Below, piece after piece: positions 39,974 to 49,499 of a DNA stretch of 64,000 nucleotides. The number at the start of each line of letters is the position of its first letter. The first letter of the stretch is position 1. The DNA is taken from NCBI GenBank assembly GCA_002712715.1, contig PAUF01000017.1, positions 3,796 through 67,795 of the forward strand, in the 5' to 3' direction. Source of the stretch: Flavobacteriales bacterium (GTDB lineage: Bacteria > Bacteroidota > Bacteroidia > Flavobacteriales > BACL11). Position numbers and translations under genes: made by a program. Below the pieces are notes generated by a model, which worked only from the letters and a program-made list of their open reading frames with translations, did not search any database and had not been told where the DNA came from.

Positions 39974-40582
39974 GTGAAGATTTTACTCCCAATTTCATAT
40001 CTAGGTCCAATTGAATATTTTGCTTTTATTATTCAAAACAAAAAAACAATTATTGAAAAACAAGAAAACTTCTTGAAACAAACCATAAGAAACAGATGTG
40101 AAATATATAATTCTAATGGGATCCAACATTTAACTGTGCACAAAAAAAGAAAGTCTAGTAGCAAAATTAAAATATCTGAAATAGAAATATCAAATGATCA
40201 CCACTGGAAAAAAAATCATATAAAAGCAATAAAAAGTGCCTATAGTTCCTCTCCATTCTTTGACCATTATTTCGAATACTTTGAAGAAATATATAATTTG
40301 ACAGAGAATAAATTATTTAATTTGAATTTGAAATTTATTGAATTAACTTTACAAATACTAGGAAGTAATAATGAAATTACTTACACATCTACATATAATA
40401 ATAATTTTAATGGAATAGATTTGAGAAACTATCAATTTGATACAATTGAATGTGACTATTATGACCAAGTATTTAATAAAAATCATGGATTTATTAGGAA
40501 TTTGTCTATAATTGATTTAATTTTTAATTTAGGGCCAGAATCTTTAAACTACTTAGAAAATATTAAATTAAAACACTTATAG
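39974..40582 (+). CDS. WbqC family protein
   Basis: KQTIRNRC, W.K.H..AI.SAYSSSPFF, Y.QVF....GF..NLSIIDLIFNLGPES; GTG start. Confidence 0.9.
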   Translation: MKILLPISYLGPIEYFAFIIQNKKTIIEKQENFLKQTIRNRCEIYNSNGIQHLTVHKKRKSSSKIKISEIEISNDHHWKKNHIKAIKSAYSSSPFFDHYFEYFEEIYNLTENKLFNLNLKFIELTLQILGSNNEITYTSTYNNNFNGIDLRNYQFDTIECDYYDQVFNKNHGFIRNLSIIDLIFNLGPESLNYLENIKLKHL

Positions 40583-40601
40583 TTGTTAATGAAATAACAA
40601 T

Positions 40602-42233
40602 ATGACAAACTTAGAATTCAATAAAAACGATGACAAAATGAGATTACTCATTTCTGATATGAATCGAAAATTAGGTAAAATTCATTTAGGAGGAGGAAAA
40701 GATAAAATTGAAAAAACTCATAAAAAAAACAAACTAACTGCTAGAGAAAGAATCGAATATTTAATTGATAAAGATTCTTATTTCTTTGAGATCGGATCAT
40801 TTGCTGGTTACGAAATGTATCCTGAATATGGTGGATGTCCTTGTGGTGGGGTTATAGGAGGTATTGGATATATAAAAAACAAACAATGCGTAATAGTAGC
40901 AAATGACGCAACTGTAAAAGCAGGTGCATGGTTTCCAATTACTGGGAAAAAGAATCTTCGTCTTCAAGAAATTGCCATGGAAAATAAACTACCAATAATT
41001 TACCTTGTTGATAGTGCAGGTGTATTTTTACCTATGCAAGATGAAATTTTTCCAGATAAAGAACATTTTGGAAGAATATTTAGGAACAATGCTAAAATGA
41101 GTTCAATGGGGATAACTCAAATCGCTGCTATAATGGGAAGTTGTGTTGCGGGTGGAGCTTATTTACCAATTATGTCTGATGAATCTATAATTGTAGATAA
41201 AACATCATCTATATTCCTCGCTGGAAGTTATCTAGTCAAAGCAGCAATTGGAGAAGATATAGATAATGAATCTTTAGGAGGGGCAACAACCCATTGCGAA
41301 ATATCAGGTGTAACAGACTATAAAGCTACCGATGATAAAGATGCTCTAAACAAAATTAAATCAATTATTAGTAAAATTGGTAAATCTAGTAAAGCAGGTT
41401 TTAATAGAATAACAGCGTTCCCTCCAGAAAAAAATGAAAAAGAAATTTATGGAATAATTCCTAGAGATAGATCAAAACCATATAATACTAAAAAAATTAT
41501 TAATAGAATAGTAGATAAATCAGATTTTGAAGAATACAAAAAAGGATATGGGAAATCAATTATATGCGGATATGCAAGAATTGAAGGCTGGGCAGTTGGC
41601 ATTGTAGCAAATCAAAGAGAAATAATTAAAACAAAGAAAGGAGAGTTGCAATTCGGAGGCGTAATATATTCTGATTCATCAGATAAAGCTGCAAGATTTA
41701 TTGCAAACTGTAATCAAAAAAAGATTCCTCTATTATTTATTCAAGATGTTACTGGTTTTATGGTCGGATCTAAATCAGAACACGGAGGAATAATTAAAGA
41801 TGGTGCTAAGATGGTAAATGCAATGAGTAATTCAGTTGTACCTAAATTTACAATAATTATTGGAAATTCGTATGGAGCTGGTAATTACGCTATGTGCGGT
41901 AAAGCGTATGATCCTCGAATTATTATTTCATGGCCTACAGCCAAATTGGCAGTTATGGGTGGTAGCCAAGCTGCAAAAGTTCTATTACAAATAGAAAAAG
42001 CTTCTATAAAATCTAAAGGGGGGGAAATTAGTAAAGAATTAGAAGAAAAAATATTAAAAGACATTCAAGAAAAATATAACCATCAAACCTCAGCATATTA
42101 TGCGGCATCTAGACTATGGATAGATGAAATCATTGACCCTATTGATACAAGGAAAGTGATTGCTCTTGGCATAGAAGCTGCTAACAATTCTCCAATAACA
42201 GAAAAATACAATCCTGGAGTAATCCAAAGCTAA
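40602..42233 (+). CDS. Acyl-CoA carboxylase carboxyltransferase subunit (methylcrotonyl-CoA carboxylase beta-like)
   Basis: KLTARERI, VANDATVKAG, LVDSAG, GSCVAGGAY, GNSYGAGNYAMCG, VMGG. Confidence 0.92.
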   Translation: MTNLEFNKNDDKMRLLISDMNRKLGKIHLGGGKDKIEKTHKKNKLTARERIEYLIDKDSYFFEIGSFAGYEMYPEYGGCPCGGVIGGIGYIKNKQCVIVANDATVKAGAWFPITGKKNLRLQEIAMENKLPIIYLVDSAGVFLPMQDEIFPDKEHFGRIFRNNAKMSSMGITQIAAIMGSCVAGGAYLPIMSDESIIVDKTSSIFLAGSYLVKAAIGEDIDNESLGGATTHCEISGVTDYKATDDKDALNKIKSIISKIGKSSKAGFNRITAFPPEKNEKEIYGIIPRDRSKPYNTKKIINRIVDKSDFEEYKKGYGKSIICGYARIEGWAVGIVANQREIIKTKKGELQFGGVIYSDSSDKAARFIANCNQKKIPLLFIQDVTGFMVGSKSEHGGIIKDGAKMVNAMSNSVVPKFTIIIGNSYGAGNYAMCGKAYDPRIIISWPTAKLAVMGGSQAAKVLLQIEKASIKSKGGEISKELEEKILKDIQEKYNHQTSAYYAASRLWIDEIIDPIDTRKVIALGIEAANNSPITEKYNPGVIQS

Positions 42234-42237
42234 TTTA

Positions 42238-42245
42238 TATATTTG
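42238..42245 (+). promoter_or_regulatory. -7 element (TATATTTG) for thrS-infC-rpmI-rplT
   Basis: 15 nt upstream of the ATG at 42261. Confidence 0.65.
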
Positions 42246-42260
42246 CATTAAAATAATATT

Positions 42261-44177
42261 ATGTTAGAAATTACATTACCAGACGGAAGCATAAAAAAAG
42301 TTAAAAAGGGAACTACATCCATGGATATAGCTTTAGACATTTCCGAGGGCTTAGCTAGAAATATTTTATCTGCTAATGTAAATGGAGAGGTATGGGATAC
42401 TGATAGACCAATACATTCTAATGCTAATTTAAAATTAAATACCTGGGATGACAAAGAAGGAAAATCAACATTCTGGCATTCATCAGCACACATATTAGCA
42501 GAAGCTTTAGAAAAACTTTATCCTGGAATAAAGTTAGGCATTGGACCTGCTATTGATAACGGATTTTATTATGATATAGATTTTGGTGAAAAAACAATTT
42601 CAGCAGAAGATTTCCCTTTAATTGAAAAAACAATGAAGGATCTTACTAAAAGTAAATCTATTTTTAAAAGGAAAAATATTAAGAAAGAAGAAGCGATTAA
42701 TTATTTTAGTGATAAGGGAGAAGAATATAAAATAGAGCTTTTAGAAAATATGACTGATGGCGAAATTACTTTTTATAGTCAGGGAAATTTTACCGACTTA
42801 TGTAAAGGTCCTCACATACCATCTTCAGATAAAATTAAAGCTATAAAATTATTAAATGTAGCAGGAGCATACTGGAAAGGGGATGAAAAAAGAAAACAAC
42901 TAACAAGAATATACGGAATTAGTTTCCCTAAACAAAAAGAACTTAATGAGTATCTAGTGATGATAGAAGAGGCGAAAAAACGAGATCATCGAAGAATTGG
43001 AAAAGAAATGAAGTTATTTACCTTCTCCAATCAAGTAGGTCAAGGTTTGCCACTTTGGCTTCCTAAAGGCGCTATTTTAAGAGAGAAATTAGAAAATTTC
43101 TTAAAAAAAGCTCAGTTAAAAGCTGGTTATCTTCCAGTAATAACACCCCATATAGGGAACAAAGAATTATATGAAACATCCGGACATTACGATAAATATG
43201 GTGAAGATTCTTTTCAACCAATAAAAACACCAAATGAAAATGAAGAATTCCTGCTAAAACCAATGAATTGTCCTCATCATTGTGAAATATATAAATCAGA
43301 ACCTAGATCTTATAAAGATCTTCCAATAAGATATGCAGAATTTGGAACGGTATACAGATATGAAAAGTCAGGCGAATTACATGGACTAACTAGGGTTAGA
43401 GGATTTACACAAGATGACGCACATATTTTTGCTAGGCCAGACCAATTAAAAGAAGAATTTATAAATGTAATAGATTTAGTACTATACTTATTTAAAAGTC
43501 TAGGGTTTGAAAATTTTGAAACACAAATTTCACTTCGTGATAAAAAGGATACAAATAAATACATAGGGTCAGAACTAAATTGGGAAAAATCTGAAAAAGC
43601 AATTATAGAAGCTACGAAAGAAAAAAGATTGGAATCAATTATTGAATACGGTGAAGCTGCATTCTATGGTCCAAAACTAGACTTTATGGTAAAAGACGCA
43701 TTAGGAAGAAAGTGGCAACTTGGGACGATTCAAGTAGACTATAATTTACCAGAGAGATTTGAATTAGAATATACAACTAATAAAAATAAAAAAGAAAGAC
43801 CAGTAATGATCCATAGAGCACCTTTTGGATCAATGGAAAGGTTTATTGCTATACTTATTGAACATTGTGGTGGAAATTTCCCTACTTGGTTAAGTCCAGA
43901 ACAAGTAATAATACTCCCAATTAGCGAAAAATACCATGATTATGCAGATAATGTATTGCAATATCTAAAAAATTACGATATTTGCGGTCGCGTTGACGAG
44001 AGGTCTGAAAGTACCGGTAGAAAAATCAGAGACGCAGAAATAGAAAAAGTGCCATTTATGATAATTGTGGGAGAAAAAGAAGAAAAAAATAAAACCTGTT
44101 CTCTAAGAATGCGCGGAGGAAAAGAATTAGGAGTGTATGATTTAGAAAAAACAGTTAAAACAATAAATGATAACTAA
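42261..44177 (+). CDS. thrS: Threonine--tRNA ligase
   Basis: [50 protein letters not shown]. Confidence 0.98.
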   Translation: MLEITLPDGSIKKVKKGTTSMDIALDISEGLARNILSANVNGEVWDTDRPIHSNANLKLNTWDDKEGKSTFWHSSAHILAEALEKLYPGIKLGIGPAIDNGFYYDIDFGEKTISAEDFPLIEKTMKDLTKSKSIFKRKNIKKEEAINYFSDKGEEYKIELLENMTDGEITFYSQGNFTDLCKGPHIPSSDKIKAIKLLNVAGAYWKGDEKRKQLTRIYGISFPKQKELNEYLVMIEEAKKRDHRRIGKEMKLFTFSNQVGQGLPLWLPKGAILREKLENFLKKAQLKAGYLPVITPHIGNKELYETSGHYDKYGEDSFQPIKTPNENEEFLLKPMNCPHHCEIYKSEPRSYKDLPIRYAEFGTVYRYEKSGELHGLTRVRGFTQDDAHIFARPDQLKEEFINVIDLVLYLFKSLGFENFETQISLRDKKDTNKYIGSELNWEKSEKAIIEATKEKRLESIIEYGEAAFYGPKLDFMVKDALGRKWQLGTIQVDYNLPERFELEYTTNKNKKERPVMIHRAPFGSMERFIAILIEHCGGNFPTWLSPEQVIILPISEKYHDYADNVLQYLKNYDICGRVDERSESTGRKIRDAEIEKVPFMIIVGEKEEKNKTCSLRMRGGKELGVYDLEKTVKTINDN

Positions 44178-44189
44178 ATAATTAAAAAG

Positions 44190-44732
44190 ATCGCAAAAAA
44201 ACATTTTAGAAGAAAACCAAAGAAATCATTACATAAAATTAATGATGACATTACCGCTCCGTATGTAAGAATCGTTGGAGACAATATTGAATCAAAGATA
44301 ATTTCATTAAAAGAAGCTATGAACATGGCAAATAAGATGAATCTTGATTTAGTAGAAATATCTCCAAACGCAGAACCACCAGTGTGTAAATTAATTGACT
44401 ATAAAAAGTTTATTTATGATCAAAAAAAGAAACAGAAAGCTATCAAATCAAAAGCTGTTAAAGTTGTTGTTAAAGAACTAAGATTTGGACCAAATACTGG
44501 CGAACATGATTTTAACTTTAAACTTAGACATGCAAAAAAATTCTTAGAAGATGGATTTAAGGTAAAAGCCTTTGTTTTTTTTAGAGGAAGAACAATTATA
44601 TTTAAAGAACAAGGTGAAATATTACTCTTAAAATTAGCCCAAGCATTAGAAGATGTAGGAGTAGTTGAACAAATGCCATCACTTGAAGGAAAAAAAATGA
44701 TAATGATAGTTACAGCTAAAAAGAAAAAATAA
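44190..44732 (+). CDS. infC: Translation initiation factor IF-3 with non-canonical start (ATC 44190; ATT 44181 or ATA 44178 are alternatives)
   Basis: Open frame from 44178 encodes [16 protein letters not shown] upstream of the ATG at 44319; [22 protein letters not shown]. Confidence 0.92.
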   Translation: MAKKHFRRKPKKSLHKINDDITAPYVRIVGDNIESKIISLKEAMNMANKMNLDLVEISPNAEPPVCKLIDYKKFIYDQKKKQKAIKSKAVKVVVKELRFGPNTGEHDFNFKLRHAKKFLEDGFKVKAFVFFRGRTIIFKEQGEILLLKLAQALEDVGVVEQMPSLEGKKMIMIVTAKKKK

Positions 44733-44737
44733 ATATT

Positions 44738-44932
44738 ATGCCAAAAATGAAAACAAAAGCGGGAGCCAAAAAAAGGTTTAAAGTTACAGGCACCGGAAAA
44801 ATAAAAAGAAAGCATGCTTTTAAAAGCCATATATTGACAAAAAAGGAAACAAAACAAAAAAGAAATTTGACGAAAAGCGGTTTAGTTCATAAATCTGACA
44901 CTAAGAATGTCAAGCTTCAATTAGGGATATAA
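44738..44932 (+). CDS. rpmI: 50S ribosomal protein L35
   Basis: [33 protein letters not shown]. Confidence 0.98.
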   Translation: MPKMKTKAGAKKRFKVTGTGKIKRKHAFKSHILTKKETKQKRNLTKSGLVHKSDTKNVKLQLGI

Positions 44933-44999
44933 ATATATAAACCAGATTACTAGTTTTAAGCACATTAATTTGTCACTTTTAATCAAAAAAAAATAAACA

Positions 45000-45344
45000 A
45001 TGCCAAGATCAGTAAACTCAGTAGCAGCGAAAGCTAGAAGAAAAAAAATAATTAAAGCAGCAAAAGGATATTTTGGGAGACGTAAAAACGTACATACCAT
45101 TGCTAAAAATGCTGTTGAAAAAGGTATGCAGTATGCATACAGAGATCGTAAAAATAAAAAACGGACATTCAGATCATTATGGATTCAAAGAATTAATGCG
45201 GCAGCTAGAATTCATGGGATGTCATACTCAAAACTAATGGGTCAACTTCATAAAAATAATATTGAAATCAATAGAAAAGTGCTAGCTGATTTGGCAATGA
45301 ATCACCCTGAAGCTTTTAAAAAAATTGTAGAAAAAATCAAATAA
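45000..45344 (+). CDS. rplT: 50S ribosomal protein L20
   Basis: [37 protein letters not shown]. Confidence 0.98.
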   Translation: MPRSVNSVAAKARRKKIIKAAKGYFGRRKNVHTIAKNAVEKGMQYAYRDRKNKKRTFRSLWIQRINAAARIHGMSYSKLMGQLHKNNIEINRKVLADLAMNHPEAFKKIVEKIK

Positions 45345-45348
45345 ACTG

Positions 45349-45795
45349 TTAAATTAATTTCTGTCTTACAATAGATGAAATTATTTTTCCATCAGCCTTT
45401 CCTGACAATTCTTTCATTAGGAGTGACATACACTTACCTATATCAGAAGAAGATTTAAACTGATTATTTTTAATAGTATTGCTAACATATATTTCTATCT
45501 CATTTAGAGTCATCATCTTTGGTAAATAAACTTCTAAAAACTTAGATTGCTTAATCTCTACTTCAGCTAAGTCATTTCTAGAACGCTCAGTAAATATTTT
45601 AGCGGATTCTTTTCTTTGTTTTAACAATTTTAATATGATTTTTTGAGACACCTCATCAGATAATTCTTTAGAACCATCTTTTGACATTTCTAATAAAAAA
45701 GCTGATTTTACTGAACGTAAAGTATCTAGCTTAATCTTATTCTTTTCAATCATTGATTTTTTTATATCTATATTGATCTTCTCAAATAAACCCAT
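45349..45795 (-). CDS. GatB/YqeY domain protein
   Basis: LRSVKSA, KQRKES, DLAEVE, YLPKM, GKADGK. Confidence 0.9.
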   Translation of the reverse strand: MGLFEKINIDIKKSMIEKNKIKLDTLRSVKSAFLLEMSKDGSKELSDEVSQKIILKLLKQRKESAKIFTERSRNDLAEVEIKQSKFLEVYLPKMMTLNEIEIYVSNTIKNNQFKSSSDIGKCMSLLMKELSGKADGKIISSIVRQKLI

Positions 45796-45796
45796 T

Positions 45797-46741
45797 TTAA
45801 TTATATTTTAAATTATCTTCTAAAATTTTATCCAATCTTGATCTAGCTTCCTGATACTGGGGAAATATATTTAAAGCAGTTCGATAATCTTTTTCAGCAT
45901 TAAAAATATCTCCTTTCTTTTCATAACAAATACCTCTAGCAAAAAATGCTTTATAATAATCATTATTCTCAACAATAACATCAGAAAAATAATTAATAGC
46001 AATATTATAATCTTTTAGTTCCATGAAAATAAAGCCCAGATTAAAATTTGCATTAATATTAAAAGGATCATATTTCTTTATTTCATGATACATATCAACT
46101 GCAGAAGAATACTCTTGCATATTTTGATAAAACAAACCTTTTCCATATAAAGATCTTACATTATTTTTCTCAAGATCCAAAACATTATCATAATAAACTA
46201 AGCACTGCTTGTCAAATGACTCAGCATGCATATGTCCAAGTAACAAATTACATTCAACTCTATCATCAATGTCAATTGTATCTATATCTATCAATGTTAA
46301 TAAAATATTAATAGACTTTAATTTGTTTGAATTTCCCGAAAAGGCATTTGCTAAAAGTAAATGAGAGTTATAATTAGTTTTATCAATTAGAATAGATTTT
46401 TCTAAAAAAATTACTGCTTTTTCATAATCATTAATAATTAAGTAACACTCACCTAATTTATTCAATGGAATTACAGAATCCTTCTGACTTGCATAAATTA
46501 ATGACTTTTTAAAAAAAGAAATCGATTGATTGATATTATCAGAATAAATTTTTCTATTAATAAGGCCATTATAATAACCACTTAATAAAGAGTCTCCTTT
46601 TTTAAGATTAGAAACATAATAATTTGACTCAAGTAAATTTAATTTTTGATGATTATTATCATTAGAATTAAAATTTTCTTCATTTGATTCATTATAACAT
46701 GAAACAAACAAAACCAAATAAAATAAGAAAAGTAATCTCAT
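45797..46741 (-). CDS. Tetratricopeptide-repeat lipoprotein
   Basis: Lipobox FVS|C; multiple TPR units (e.g. ANFNLGFIF, AFFARGICY). Confidence 0.85.
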   Translation of the reverse strand: MRLLFLFYLVLFVSCYNESNEENFNSNDNNHQKLNLLESNYYVSNLKKGDSLLSGYYNGLINRKIYSDNINQSISFFKKSLIYASQKDSVIPLNKLGECYLIINDYEKAVIFLEKSILIDKTNYNSHLLLANAFSGNSNKLKSINILLTLIDIDTIDIDDRVECNLLLGHMHAESFDKQCLVYYDNVLDLEKNNVRSLYGKGLFYQNMQEYSSAVDMYHEIKKYDPFNINANFNLGFIFMELKDYNIAINYFSDVIVENNDYYKAFFARGICYEKKGDIFNAEKDYRTALNIFPQYQEARSRLDKILEDNLKYN

Positions 46742-47739
46742 TATTCACCTAGGCTACTTTTGATTTTATCTTCTAACTCATTCATTAATTCTGGATTATC
46801 TTCCAACATGCTTTTTACAGAGTCTCTACCCTGTCCCAATTTTGTTTCACCATAAGAAAACCAAGATCCACTTTTCTGAATAATATCTGCATCTACAGAC
46901 ATATCTAAAATTTCTCCGGATTTGGAAACACCTTTACCAAACATTATATCAAATTCCGCCTTTTTAAAAGGTGGGGCTACCTTATTTTTAACTACCTTAA
47001 CTCTTGTACGATTTCCAACAATATCATCACCATTCTTTATTGCTCCTATCCTACGAATATCTAAACGAACAGAAGAATAAAATTTAAGAGCATTTCCTCC
47101 AGTAGTAGTCTCAGGACTTCCAAACATAACTCCAATTTTCATTCGAATTTGGTTAATAAAAATCAAAGTAGAGCCAGTCTTACTAATAGTAGCTGTTAAT
47201 TTTCTTAGAGCTTGAGACATTAATCTCGCATGTAAGCCCATTTTAGAATCTCCCATTTCACCTTCAATTTCAGACTTAGGAGTTAATGCAGCTACAGAGT
47301 CAACTACAACTAAATCAATAGCTCCAGAACTAATTAAGTGGTCAGCTATCTCCAGAGCTTGCTCTCCATTATCAGGTTGAGAAATTAACAAATCTTCAAG
47401 ATTAACTCCTAAATTTTGTGCATATGATGCATCAAAAGCATGCTCAGCATCAATAAAGGCGGCTATCCCACCCTGTTTCTGAACTTCGGCAATTGCATGT
47501 ATAGTCAAAGTAGTCTTACCTGAAGATTCTGGACCATATATTTCAACAACTCTTCCTTTAGGATACCCATTTACACCCAAAACCATATCTAAACCAATAG
47601 ATCCGGTTGGTATTGACTCAACATCTTCAACTAATTTATCTCCTAATTTCATTACAATACCCTTACCATATGACTTTTCTAATTTACCTAATGTCAATTC
47701 TAAAGCCTTAAGCTTAGAAGATGTTTCTTTATCACTCAT
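46741..47739 (-). CDS. recA: Recombinase RecA
   Basis: [43 protein letters not shown]. Confidence 0.99.
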   Translation of the reverse strand: MSDKETSSKLKALELTLGKLEKSYGKGIVMKLGDKLVEDVESIPTGSIGLDMVLGVNGYPKGRVVEIYGPESSGKTTLTIHAIAEVQKQGGIAAFIDAEHAFDASYAQNLGVNLEDLLISQPDNGEQALEIADHLISSGAIDLVVVDSVAALTPKSEIEGEMGDSKMGLHARLMSQALRKLTATISKTGSTLIFINQIRMKIGVMFGSPETTTGGNALKFYSSVRLDIRRIGAIKNGDDIVGNRTRVKVVKNKVAPPFKKAEFDIMFGKGVSKSGEILDMSVDADIIQKSGSWFSYGETKLGQGRDSVKSMLEDNPELMNELEDKIKSSLGE

Positions 47740-47783
47740 ATCAATTATTTTTATACAAAAAAGAGAAATTAAAAATCAAATAT

Positions 47784-47791
47784 CAAATATA
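47784..47791 (-). promoter_or_regulatory. -7 element (TATATTTG) for recA
   Basis: 44 nt upstream of the ATG at 47739. Confidence 0.5.
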
Positions 47792-47819
47792 TTCTTACGT
47801 ATTTATTAACATTAACAGA

Positions 47820-48464
47820 TTATAGGTAATTATTAATAAAAGATTTACGGCCAATGTTTTTTGTGATAAAATCTTTATTTAATTCATATCCTCTTGCAGG
47901 AGAATATTCTCTAGCGTAAAAAATTATTTGCAAATGCAATTTATTCCACAAATTTTTAGGAAATATTTTCATAGCATCTTTTTCAGTTTTTTGAACATTA
48001 ACACCATTGGAAAACCCCCATCTATACATCATCCTATGTATGTGAGTATCGACTGGGAAAGCAGGTACATTAAATGCCTGACTCATTATAACTGAAGCCG
48101 TTTTATGACCAACACCAGGCAATTCTTCAAGTTTATCTATTTTTTTTGGAACATCACCTTGGTACTTGTGTATTAAAATATTTGAAAGATTATATATATT
48201 CTTTGATTTACTGGGCGACAATCCGCATGATCTGATAATATCTTCTATTTCACTAATAGATAACTTTACCATATCATAAGGATTATCAGCTCTAGAGAAT
48301 AGAGTTGGTGTTACTTTATTAACCCTCTCATCAGTACATTGAGCTGATAATAAAACAGCAATTAATAAAGTGAAATCATTCGAACTATTTAGCGGAATTG
48401 GTGGGTTAGGATATAAATCTTCTAGAGATTGAATTACATATTTCACCTTTTCATACTTTCTCAT
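47820..48464 (-). CDS. nth: Endonuclease III (HhH-GPD glycosylase)
   Basis: LLIAVLLSAQCTDERVN, LPGVGHKTA, FPVDTHIHR. Confidence 0.93.
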   Translation of the reverse strand: MRKYEKVKYVIQSLEDLYPNPPIPLNSSNDFTLLIAVLLSAQCTDERVNKVTPTLFSRADNPYDMVKLSISEIEDIIRSCGLSPSKSKNIYNLSNILIHKYQGDVPKKIDKLEELPGVGHKTASVIMSQAFNVPAFPVDTHIHRMMYRWGFSNGVNVQKTEKDAMKIFPKNLWNKLHLQIIFYAREYSPARGYELNKDFITKNIGRKSFINNYL

Positions 48465-48496
48465 GAAGAAAAAATAAATAAATTGATTATACTAAT

Positions 48497-48703
48497 TTAA
48501 TTATTATTTATAAAAACATCATCAATCAATTTAGACTTGTAACATCTAATAGATTTAGAAAACATTATTATATTATTAATAGTTGTCTTCCTGGGATACA
48601 TTCTATTAAATAGAACAGATTTAGATTTAACACCAAAATTCATCTCATTATCATCATGAGATTTAAAGTTTAATAAAAAAGAGCTAGTAGAGGTTTTTTT
48701 CAT
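48497..48703 (-). CDS. Small hypothetical protein downstream of an ECF sigma factor
   Basis: 68 aa, co-oriented with the sigma gene; P-x-K-x-T-I-x-N-I-x-x-F-S-K motif. Confidence 0.6.
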   Translation of the reverse strand: MKKTSTSSFLLNFKSHDDNEMNFGVKSKSVLFNRMYPRKTTINNIIMFSKSIRCYKSKLIDDVFINNN

Positions 48704-48759
48704 ATAATATTATTTTGTTAATACTAGATAAACGAAAGTATATTATATTTATTGTGAAT

Positions 48760-49347
48760 TTAATTCACATGTAACTCAATATTATTTTTTTCAATTAATT
48801 TTCTAAGGTTGATTATGGCGTATCTCATTCTTCCCAAAGATGTATTAATACTAACATTTGTAATTTCAGCAATGTCTTTAAAACTATAATCTCGATAATA
48901 ACGCATTTCTAAAACTTCTTTCTGATCACTAGGCAGATATTCAATCAATGATTTTAATTTTTTAAAAATTTGGTTAGTGATTATATCATCTTCTATATTT
49001 TTATCTCCATCAGAAATAATGTCAAAAATGTTAAAAGTATCATTTCTTGAAACTGTTTTCATTTTCTTTTTACTTCTAAAATGATCTATAATTAAATTAT
49101 GAGCAATTCTCATAACCCATGGAACAAACTTGCCCTCTTCATTATACTTTCCTGATTTTAAAGATTTAATAACTTTTATGAAGGTTTCTTGGAAAATATC
49201 ATTTGCCAAATCCAAGTTTTTAACTTTTGACATTATAAAAGCAAAAACCTTATCCTTATGTCTAAATACTAACAATTCAAATGATGATTCATCACCATTT
49301 ACATATTGTTTAATTAATATATTATCGGAATTTCTACTAGATATCAT
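48760..49347 (-). CDS. ECF RNA polymerase sigma-70 factor
   Basis: DIFQETFIKVI, YNEEGKF.PWVMRIAHNL.IDHFR, SFKDIA..T.VSINTSLGRMRYA. Confidence 0.94.
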   Translation of the reverse strand: MISSRNSDNILIKQYVNGDESSFELLVFRHKDKVFAFIMSKVKNLDLANDIFQETFIKVIKSLKSGKYNEEGKFVPWVMRIAHNLIIDHFRSKKKMKTVSRNDTFNIFDIISDGDKNIEDDIITNQIFKKLKSLIEYLPSDQKEVLEMRYYRDYSFKDIAEITNVSINTSLGRMRYAIINLRKLIEKNNIELHVN

Positions 49348-49431
49348 CTTACTTAATTTTAATTAATAATTATTTGAAAGTAAATGTGTATATCTATAGA
49401 ATTTATTTTGGTTAATATTGTGTTATACGTG

Positions 49432-49480
49432 CAAATATATTATAAGTTTCAAAATAAAACAAATCATATTCATAAATTTG
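49432..49480. promoter_or_regulatory. Divergent -7 elements (minus TATATTTG 49432-49439 for the sigma gene; plus TAAATTTG 49473-49480 for uvrA)
   Basis: Two TAnnTTTG matches in the divergent intergenic region. Confidence 0.6.
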
Positions 49481-49499
49481 CAAGATTTATATAGAGATT

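Noticed and set aside
44175-44190. thrS-infC readthrough fusion (same frame, single TAA)
   Set aside because: A shared frame has a 1-in-3 chance, TAA is a strong stop, and a non-AUG infC start explains the layout
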